From Candidatus Thorarchaeota archaeon (GTDB lineage: Archaea; Asgardarchaeota; Thorarchaeia; Thorarchaeales; Thorarchaeaceae): a stretch of 8,150 bases of DNA. Location of the stretch: contig PRDJ01000048.1 of the NCBI GenBank assembly GCA_003345555.1, positions 1 through 8,150 of the forward strand. Reading direction: 5' to 3'. Positions 1 to 6,205 of the stretch are shown in pieces. The translations under genes were made by a program, and so were the position numbers. Numbering within the stretch: position 1 is the first letter of the stretch; each line of letters starts with the position of its first letter. Under the pieces are notes generated by a model. That model was not told the origin of the DNA. It ran no database searches and saw only the letters and a list, made by a program, of their open reading frames with translations.

Positions 1-2
1 TA

Positions 3-272
3 ATCGGTGCTGGCCGTTACCTGCTGAACAGGAGCACAAACCAAGCGGAGTTTGCACTACTCATTCAGGACGAGTATCAGAACAGAGGAATAGGCACATT
101 CTTGCTTAATCATCTCATGCGCATTGCAAAGAGCAAAGGCGTCGATGCGTTCACTGCTTACGTGCATCCATCGAATAGGAAAATGATTTCTTTCATTCAC
201 AGAACCGGCAAGGTCGTCGAGAGCAAGCTCAGCATCCGGGATGACGAGTATATTTTCACTCTGAAGCTATAA
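3..272 (+). CDS. GNAT family N-acetyltransferase, C-terminal part (5' truncated by the window edge); Pat-like GNAT domain
   Basis: Manual translation from nt 3 is open to TAA at 270-272: IGAGRYLLNRSTNQAEFALLIQDEYQNRGIGTFLLNHLMRIAKSKGVDAFTAYVHPSNRKMISFIHRTGK...FTLKL*. It has the GNAT motif A acetyl-CoA loop (Q-N-R-G-I-G), preceded by AEFAxxIxD and followed by N-x-x-M. Not in the ORF track because the start lies outside the window. Confidence 0.9.
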   Translation: MGAGRYLLNRSTNQAEFALLIQDEYQNRGIGTFLLNHLMRIAKSKGVDAFTAYVHPSNRKMISFIHRTGKVVESKLSIRDDEYIFTLKL

Positions 273-354
273 TTCAATCTGTGCTTTTAGGTGAGAATGC
301 ATAGGTTGTTCTTCTAGGATCCCTTCCTGCACAAAGAATCGGAAAGAAGAAGTG

Positions 355-463
355 TGGTGGGCCCGACGCGATTTGAACGCGCGATCTACGCCTTATCAGA
401 GCGTCGCATTAACCACTCTAGTTCTTGCATGGAATTCATGCTTAATGCCTATGCTACGGGCCC
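355..463 (-). tRNA. tRNA-Ile(GAU) with a ~31-nt non-canonical intron in the D-loop; CCA encoded
   Basis: Minus strand reads GGGCCCG TA GCAT AGGC[ATTAAGCATGAATTCCATGCAAGAACTAGAG]TGGTTA ATGC G ACGCT CTGATAA GGCGT AGATC GCGCG TTCAAAT CGCGT CGGGCCC A CCA. Acceptor stem is a perfect 7 bp, D-stem GCAT/ATGC, anticodon GAT, T-loop TTCAAAT. 109 nt minus 31 gives a 78-nt mature tRNA. Confidence 0.95.
416..446 (-). other. tRNA-Ile D-loop intron (best-fit boundaries; could shift to 418-448)
   Basis: 31 extra nt between D-stem 5' strand and TGGTTA. Internal hairpin GCATG-AATTC-CATGC. The best bulge-helix-bulge fit has central helix ATAG/CTAG (3 of 4 pairs) with bulges GC|A and AG|T. Confidence 0.7.
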
Positions 464-510
464 AACTGATTGAGAACGGAGGCTCTCAAACGGCTACACC
501 TTCGACCGTG

Positions 511-517
511 ATTTAAA
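511..517 (-). promoter_or_regulatory. Putative TATA box of tRNA-Ile
   Basis: TTTAAAT on the minus strand ending 48 nt upstream of tRNA G1, which implies a leader of roughly 20-25 nt. Confidence 0.55.
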
Positions 518-539
518 CGTTATGACAGCTGGGCTTCTA

Positions 540-1427
540 TCAGGTCAATGCTTCAGGGATAACCTTGTGTATGTAGTCCAGTGATTCCTTAATCCATTCA
601 TTCTTCAGCTCGAAGATAATTGGACCGTTGAACTTGCTCCTGAGAAGCTCTCTTAGAAAATCTCTGACTGGCATCACACCGCGGCCAAGAGGGATATGGT
701 CCCTGCGAATCACGATGTCATCTCGCTTCTCGTAACCGCCGTCATGAAGATGGAGTTCCACTATCCGTTCTCGATACCGCCTATAGAATTCTATCACAGA
801 CTCAGTACCAGATTGTTGGCTCAGGAGATGACCTGTGTCAAAGCATATGCTCGTGTTGTACTGTTCAACGAGCTCATAAGTAACCCCGAACGGAAACTGC
901 ACATTCTCAACTGCGATTTTTCTTGGGTGAATTTCGGTTCTTGTAATAATCTCCTCCAGACTACGGGCGGCAAACATGCTCATGTAGCCACAGATGAGGG
1001 CCACCATGTCTTCTGAGAGATCGAGCTGAGAGAACTCTGCGGCCAGTGCACCGGTAGTGTGCAACACATACGCCTCGGGTTCAAGCGGCCCGGCCAGCTC
1101 TATTGCCTGCACCACGGTTTCGACGCCAGCCTGTCGTATATGCTCGTTAAAGCTTGCCAGTTCAAGCGAGTAAAACGGAAGGTGAACCGTGAATGCATTC
1201 CCAAGCTCCTCTTTGAGACTCGCCAGCTTTGCGACAGACTCGGGAGTGAGCGAGCCCGGCACCATTCGCTCAATATCCATTGTCACCTCGATCGCGCTCA
1301 TGTGAGCAATCTTGAGTGCTTGACGGACAGTATTGTCGATGGTGAATCTCGAGAAATCAGCTACGCCGTTCACGAGTATCTGCCCAACTATGGGTTCGAA
1401 AGCAAGAGGCTGCAATCCGAATCTCAT
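540..1427 (-). CDS. Xylose isomerase-like TIM barrel / AP endonuclease family 2 metalloenzyme, possibly cobamide-remodelling phosphodiesterase CbiR-like
   Basis: Metal-ligand motifs in the family order: TVHLP, VLHTTG, AVENV, CFDTGH, LHLHDG, RDHIPLGRG, IIFEL. The start was moved from 1499 to ATG 1427 (MRFGLQP) because GGAGAAG lies just upstream. Confidence 0.8.
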   Translation of the reverse strand: MRFGLQPLAFEPIVGQILVNGVADFSRFTIDNTVRQALKIAHMSAIEVTMDIERMVPGSLTPESVAKLASLKEELGNAFTVHLPFYSLELASFNEHIRQAGVETVVQAIELAGPLEPEAYVLHTTGALAAEFSQLDLSEDMVALICGYMSMFAARSLEEIITRTEIHPRKIAVENVQFPFGVTYELVEQYNTSICFDTGHLLSQQSGTESVIEFYRRYRERIVELHLHDGGYEKRDDIVIRRDHIPLGRGVMPVRDFLRELLRSKFNGPIIFELKNEWIKESLDYIHKVIPEALT

Positions 1428-1594
1428 AAGACTCTTCTCCATCTGCAATGGGTAGGCCTTCACGTTTGAGGCACACATATCTGTTCTGGATACTACCAAG
1501 AAGAAAGGACGTGAACTTCAGACAGGTGGGAAGTTGGGCCGGCACTAGGCTTGATTAGCCAAGGAACTTCTTCATCAGGAGCTATCCTATCGGC

Positions 1595-1600
1595 TTATTA
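1595..1600 (+). promoter_or_regulatory. Putative TATA box for trm1 (likely leaderless mRNA)
   Basis: TTATTA ends 29 nt before ATG 1629; no SD-like sequence precedes the ATG. Confidence 0.4.
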
Positions 1601-1628
1601 GCGAACCAGAGCTTGCGGTTGTCTGCCC

Positions 1629-2822
1629 ATGATTATTGAGAAGGAATACGCGGAAGGAAGAACCAAATTCCTGAGTGCCGACTTAGAGCACTATGCCGGT
1701 AATCGGCGCCAGTTGAAAACGGACTTGCCAGTCTTCTATAATCCACGCATGCGCATAAACAGAGACCTGTCGGTTCTGTTTCTATCTGCATACAAGAAGA
1801 ACAGTCCTCTAGAGAGGATTTGTGAACCGCTTGCAGGTTGTGGGGTTAGAACCTTGCGATACCTCAATGAGTGCCCGGGTGAATTTCACGCTGTCATTTC
1901 AGATGTCAACCCGCACGCAGTGGAAATGATAGAGAAGAATGTAGGTCGGCTCGGATTTCAAGAGAGAGTCACAGTGAAGAAGGGAGATGCGAAGATCCTT
2001 CTACTGACTGAATCCCGTGACAAGAGATTCGACTTTGCTGATATAGACCCTTTTGGATCGCCCGCGCCCTACTTGACCGCCGCGATACAATCACTTGCCC
2101 CGCGACAAGCACTGCTAGGCGTGACTGCCACGGATATGCCTGTGTTATGCGGGGCACAACCGAAGATTGCACAAAGAAAGTATGGCGGTCTTTCGATTAG
2201 GACTCCTTTCTCTCATGAACTGGCCATTCGGCTACTGATCGGCCGGGTGTTCGATATTGCTGCCATGAATGACTTAGGAATCACACCATTGGCCTCTCTG
2301 AGCACAGACCATTATGTACGAATCTGGCTTAAGACCAAAACAAGCTGCATAGATTCGAATGCTGAAACCAAGAAGATTGGATACGTCTTGTATTGCCGAG
2401 ACTGCATGGCCACTCAGTTTCTGCCTTTGGGATTGCTCCCGAGCAAGGAAGGATTCGAGCATGAGAGAGCCGACTGTGGTGGTCGTTTGTACTTCGCAGG
2501 TCCACTCTGGATAGGCGAACTGTATGATTTGCAGACACTGGAAACTGCTCAGCATATCCTTTGGCAAGACCCAGGTTTGTACGATCCGCGTGTGCCCAAG
2601 CTGCTGGATACGATGAAAGAAGAGTCCAGCCTGACGGACTATATCTATACAGATCTTCACGCACTGTGTGATTTGCACGGCCTACAGTCGCGCTCGATTG
2701 AGCAGGTCATGAGTAGTCTGAAAGAGGCGGGCTATGAAGTGTGTAGAACGCACTTCAGGCCGACAGCAATACGTACAACAGCCCCAATCAGAGAACTTGT
2801 GGACATTATTCGACAGCATTAG
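1629..2822 (+). CDS. trm1: tRNA (guanine26-N2,N2)-dimethyltransferase Trm1
   Basis: Family motifs VFYNPRMRINRDLS, EPLAGCGVRTLRY (SAM motif I), SDVNP, DIDPFGSPAPY, VTATD, KYG, ELAIRLLIG and GPLWIGEL; 397 aa. Confidence 0.97.
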   Translation: MIIEKEYAEGRTKFLSADLEHYAGNRRQLKTDLPVFYNPRMRINRDLSVLFLSAYKKNSPLERICEPLAGCGVRTLRYLNECPGEFHAVISDVNPHAVEMIEKNVGRLGFQERVTVKKGDAKILLLTESRDKRFDFADIDPFGSPAPYLTAAIQSLAPRQALLGVTATDMPVLCGAQPKIAQRKYGGLSIRTPFSHELAIRLLIGRVFDIAAMNDLGITPLASLSTDHYVRIWLKTKTSCIDSNAETKKIGYVLYCRDCMATQFLPLGLLPSKEGFEHERADCGGRLYFAGPLWIGELYDLQTLETAQHILWQDPGLYDPRVPKLLDTMKEESSLTDYIYTDLHALCDLHGLQSRSIEQVMSSLKEAGYEVCRTHFRPTAIRTTAPIRELVDIIRQH

Positions 2823-2836
2823 GTCGGTGTGAAGTG

Positions 2837-3457
2837 ATGGGTAGAACCCAAGAAGAACGGAAAAGGGAGCACTACTACAGGGCTGCCAAGAAGCATGGCT
2901 ATCGTAGTAGGTCTGCTTACAAGCTCAGACAAGTTATAGCAAAGCACAAGCTCTTGACAGGAGTTAATGTCGTTCTGGAATTGTGTTGCTGTCCGGGCGG
3001 ATGGACCCAAGTCCTGCGCGAACTCGATAGCAGCCTATCAGTCGTGGCAGTTGATATTGAATCAATGATTCCCATAGAGGGAGTAACGTTCTTACAGGGC
3101 GACATTACTGAGCCAAAGACGATTGAGACCATCAAGACTCTGACAGGAGGACGAGTGGACCTAGTACTATCAGACTGTTCCCCAAAAGTCAGTGGAGCTT
3201 GGGATATTGATGTGGCCCGACAATTGTTCCTGGTGGAAAAAACATTCGAGATTGCTTCGGAACTTCTGAGCGTGAAGGGCAAGGTCTTGGCAAAGGTCTT
3301 CCAAGGTAGAGGATTTCAAGAGTTGATGGAAACTCTCCGTACCAGATTCCGCTTCGTCAAGCTCGTCAAGCCGGAAGCGTCAAGAAGAACAAGTGCGGAA
3401 ATCTATATTCTTGCTGAAAGCCCTGTGCGATTGGGAAGTAATAAGGAAACGTCCTAG
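2837..3457 (+). CDS. rlmE: 23S rRNA Um2552 2'-O-methyltransferase RlmE (RrmJ/FtsJ)
   Basis: YRSRSAYKL, PGGWTQ, VAVD, QGDI, VLSDCSP, KVFQG, KPEASR..SAEIY, with the K-D-K-E tetrad present. ATG 2837 follows GTG 2834, and either could be the start. Begins 14 nt after the trm1 stop, so probably co-transcribed. Confidence 0.96.
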   Translation: MGRTQEERKREHYYRAAKKHGYRSRSAYKLRQVIAKHKLLTGVNVVLELCCCPGGWTQVLRELDSSLSVVAVDIESMIPIEGVTFLQGDITEPKTIETIKTLTGGRVDLVLSDCSPKVSGAWDIDVARQLFLVEKTFEIASELLSVKGKVLAKVFQGRGFQELMETLRTRFRFVKLVKPEASRRTSAEIYILAESPVRLGSNKETS

Positions 3458-3801
3458 GACGATTCGGAGATTGTGACCCATTCCTCCAAGCTCCTGCATA
3501 TGACTGGAGAATCGGGTTGTCTGACACCGCATCTTTCTATCCTGAGACAGTGAAAACAGGGGCACCCATTAAGATCGGACAATTGGTTTTGGCTGACCTC
3601 TTCTTCTGTTGCCTTGATGAAGTATCGCGGCTTTTCTGCATGCTGTTCTTCCATTGCTGTTCCTTCCGATACCATGTGTTGAATGGCCTCTAGTACCACT
3701 TGGTACTCGATACCTAGCCTATGCGCCAATTCATCAGGGAAGACACCCGAACCAGCCGCTGCTTGGAGAGCGCTGCGTACGAGGTCAAATACGTTGCTCA
3801 T
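3454..3801 (-). CDS. tfeB: Transcription factor E beta subunit / RNA polymerase III RPC34(RPC39) homologue: winged helix plus C-terminal 4-Cys Fe-S motif
   Basis: N-terminal HTH/winged-helix pattern (GVFPDELAHRLGIEYQVVLEAIQHMVSEG...RYF) and C-terminal PCFHC-x5-C-x6-SP-x2-C-x5-W, which matches the RPC34/TFE-beta Fe-S signature. ATG 3801 is preferred over the ORF-track start at 3825. Confidence 0.85.
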   Translation of the reverse strand: MSNVFDLVRSALQAAAGSGVFPDELAHRLGIEYQVVLEAIQHMVSEGTAMEEQHAEKPRYFIKATEEEVSQNQLSDLNGCPCFHCLRIERCGVRQPDSPVICRSLEEWVTISESS

Positions 3802-3933
3802 TGAAACGACCTTTTGGGTTGGCACAAGATAATATCAAAGAGACTGCACGTTCCTAAATTAAGTGTTCGGATGTTGCACATAATCGCCCGAATGCAATGT
3901 GAGGCAAGTGACATCGATGTACTTAGCTGTACA

Positions 3934-4164
3934 TTACCTTCTATAGAGGTATACGAGTTGCCCTACAAGCTTGGTAGTGTCTACGCCCTCTTTAGCCCGA
4001 ATTGCCACGTAGGGCTGTTTGACCGGACCGAAGATGTCGGTCACAGTGCCTACTACCTCAACGCTCTTGTCGACTACTTCAGCCCCGATGGGAGGAGTCT
4101 TTTCTGTTCTGAGAATGATGGCGCCACGTCTTGAAACATGCATTACCTTTCCAAGTCGTCTCAT
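3934..4164 (-). CDS. gar1: H/ACA RNP subunit Gar1 (archaeal minimal form)
   Basis: MRRLGKVMH...PPIGAEVVD..VGTVTDIFGPVKQPYVAI is the Gar1/Naf1 beta-barrel signature (DIFGPV..PY); 76 aa. Confidence 0.95.
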   Translation of the reverse strand: MRRLGKVMHVSRRGAIILRTEKTPPIGAEVVDKSVEVVGTVTDIFGPVKQPYVAIRAKEGVDTTKLVGQLVYLYRR

Positions 4165-4191
4165 TCAAGCACCATCTCCAGTCGAAAGTAT

Positions 4192-4545
4192 CTACTTTCG
4201 TCGCTTCTTCCCGGCCTTCTTCGCTTCCGCAGCTTGCTTTTCAGACTCCCGCTGGGCTACAATTCTGCGAACGCCTTTTGCGAGCATCAGAAGAAGACGC
4301 TTCTTCTTGTGTCCTTCCGGGTTACTCAGGATAACCGAGCCACCGATTCCTGACCAGTTCCGGGGATATTGCTTGTCGGTCTCGGCCTCAGACTCAAGGC
4401 CTGCAGCGGTTGCGGCTTGCTCCAACACCTCAACCGTAACGTCCGGCGCTGCCAAGTTGGCCGGAATTCTACGGCCCTGTGCTCTGGATAGATTCGAGTC
4501 GAGGTAGGCAGGCCAGACCCTTATCGCATCCTTGTGCTTTCTCAC
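4192..4545 (-). CDS. srp19: Signal recognition particle protein SRP19
   Basis: VWPAYLDSNLSRAQGRRIP, DKQYPR.W..GGSV and KKRLL are SRP19 motifs; GTG start; 27 nt upstream of gar1 on the same strand. Confidence 0.96.
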   Translation of the reverse strand: MRKHKDAIRVWPAYLDSNLSRAQGRRIPANLAAPDVTVEVLEQAATAAGLESEAETDKQYPRNWSGIGGSVILSNPEGHKKKRLLLMLAKGVRRIVAQRESEKQAAEAKKAGKKRRK

Positions 4546-4671
4546 AGCAATATACCTCTCATCTAGTCATGGACGGACGAAGTCCCTCGACAGGACGAAT
4601 GTGGTCTTTTTTACCTTTGTCATGGTCCGACATGCAGGAATATCCCTTCGGCGACATGCATAATCACGAGC

Positions 4672-4679
4672 TTGATAAG
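4672..4679 (+). promoter_or_regulatory. Putative TATA box for dCMP deaminase (likely leaderless)
   Basis: TTGATAAG ends about 27 nt before ATG 4706. Confidence 0.35.
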
Positions 4680-4705
4680 TTGTAGAACAGCAGATTGAGC
4701 AGCTC

Positions 4706-5218
4706 ATGGCCGGGAGAACAACGACGTTGCCGAGAAAGAGCAAGGATGATTACTTCGCCGAGATTGCCGATCTTGTCTCATCACGAAGCACATGCCTGAG
4801 AAACCAGGTCGGCGCAGTTATTGTAAAGGAATCACAGATACTGACAACCGGCTATAATGGTGCACCAAAAGGTCTGACGCACTGTGAAGACGTGGGATGC
4901 ATCAGGGAGAAGCTTAAGGTGAAACCCGGCGAGCGTCACGAACTGTGCCGAGGACTTCACGCAGAACAGAATGCTGTAATCCAAGCAGCCTACCATGGAA
5001 TCAGTGTAAGAGGAGCGAGTCTCTATTGTACGACCAGGCCCTGTAGCATATGCACAAAGATGCTCATCAATGCAGGCATCGTGGAGATAGTGTACATCGA
5101 AGAATATCAAGACGAGCTGGCAGCCGAGCTCGCGAAAGAAGCCGGTCTCAACGTACGACAGCTGAAGATTGCCAGGAACTATGGTCGAAATGCTGGTAAG
5201 AGCACAGGTCTAGCTTGA
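4706..5218 (+). CDS. dCMP deaminase (cytidine/deoxycytidylate deaminase family, ComEB-like)
   Basis: Zn-deaminase motifs HAEQNA and PCSIC, plus [19 protein letters not shown] and HCEDVGC, typical of dCMP deaminases. Confidence 0.92.
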   Translation: MAGRTTTLPRKSKDDYFAEIADLVSSRSTCLRNQVGAVIVKESQILTTGYNGAPKGLTHCEDVGCIREKLKVKPGERHELCRGLHAEQNAVIQAAYHGISVRGASLYCTTRPCSICTKMLINAGIVEIVYIEEYQDELAAELAKEAGLNVRQLKIARNYGRNAGKSTGLA

Positions 5219-5237
5219 TTGGCGATTGCTGGAAACA

Positions 5238-5268
5238 TTAAAATGTGGGCCACCTATCTCTTGGCCCA
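5238..5268 (+). promoter_or_regulatory. Putative pyrB TATA box (TTAAAAT, 5238-5244) immediately followed by inverted repeat TGGGCCA-N9-TGGCCCA (5246-5268)
   Basis: Perfect 7-bp inverted repeat read directly from the sequence. SD-like GAAGTGA at 5278-5284 precedes ATG 5291. Confidence 0.5.
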
Positions 5269-5290
5269 GATGCCTGAGAAGTGATGCGAG

Positions 5291-6205
5291 ATGGGCCGCC
5301 TCCGTAATTTGATTAGTATTCAGGACTTGACTAGAGAAGACATCGACCTGATACTCGATACATCCGCCAAGATGGAGTCAGTCGCAGTCAAGCGAAGCAA
5401 GGAACTCGAAGGGAAGATAATGGCCACCCTGTTCTTCGAGCCCTCAACACGCACAAGACTGTCCTTTGAAAGTGCAATGATCAGACTGGGAGGCAGTATC
5501 CTCGGCTTTGCTGATGTAGCCACTTCCAGCGCAGGAGGAAAGGGGGAAACCCTTGCGGACACGATTCGCACAGTGGAACGTTATGCTGATGTCATAGTGA
5601 TACGGCACAACCTCGATGGGTCAGCGAGGTTGGCGGCGGAATTCTCGCGCATTCCGGTCATCAATGCTGGCAGTGGTTCAGAGGAGCATCCCACTCAGGC
5701 GTTGCTCGACCTGTATTCGATAAGGAAACTCAAGGGAAAGATTGATGGAATCTCTATCTCTCTATGTGGCGATCTCAAATACGGACGCACGGTTCACTCG
5801 CTGGGTATGGCTCTCTCATATTACGGTGTGACAGTGAAGCTTGCAGCACCTCCGGGACTTAGAATGAAACCGGCGATAATTGACGAGATGAAGAAGGCCG
5901 GTCTCCGCGTTACAGAAGTTGACACTCTAGAAGAGGCTGTGAAGGATGTTGACGTCGTATACATGACACGCATCCAGAAGGAGAGATTCCCAGACGTTCG
6001 AGATTACGATGCTGTACAGGGCAAATTCAGGTTGAGACTCCAGGATGTGGGCATGATGCGCCAAGATGCAGTCATCCTACACCCCTTGCCAAGAGTCGAT
6101 GAGATAGAGCCAGAAGTTGACAAGACGCCGCAGGCCAAGTATTTCGATCAGGTTTACAACGGTGTAATCACAAGAATGGCGTTGTTAAGACTGATACTCG
6201 GTTAG
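5291..6205 (+). CDS. pyrB: Aspartate carbamoyltransferase catalytic subunit
   Basis: FFEPSTRTRLSFE, KGETLADT, VIRH, EHPTQALLD, GDLKYGRTVHS, YMTRIQKER and HPLPR; 304 aa. Confidence 0.98.
   Translation: MGRLRNLISIQDLTREDIDLILDTSAKMESVAVKRSKELEGKIMATLFFEPSTRTRLSFESAMIRLGGSILGFADVATSSAGGKGETLADTIRTVERYADVIVIRHNLDGSARLAAEFSRIPVINAGSGSEEHPTQALLDLYSIRKLKGKIDGISISLCGDLKYGRTVHSLGMALSYYGVTVKLAAPPGLRMKPAIIDEMKKAGLRVTEVDTLEEAVKDVDVVYMTRIQKERFPDVRDYDAVQGKFRLRLQDVGMMRQDAVILHPLPRVDEIEPEVDKTPQAKYFDQVYNGVITRMALLRLILG

Noticed and set aside
1535-1543. TGGGCCGGC matches the tRNA-Pro 3' acceptor region (7976-7984), suggesting an att-site duplication
   Set aside because: Only 9 bp, there is no integrase, and the enclosed genes are core housekeeping genes. 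Compatible with chance.
696-1545. ORFs 696-1016 (+), 1059-1469 (+) and 1357-1545 (-)
   Set aside because: Antisense or out-of-frame shadows of the TIM-barrel gene with no recognisable motifs.
1969-3282. Minus-strand ORFs 1969-2172, 2274-2678, 2329-2664, 2819-3010 and 2917-3282
   Set aside because: Antisense to well-supported trm1 and rlmE; no family features.
3380-4685. ORFs 3380-3565, 3654-3857, 3814-4134, 4019-4507, 4131-4334, 4138-4353 and 4479-4685
   Set aside because: They overlap rlmE, tfeB, gar1 or srp19 in other frames or strands and have no motifs.
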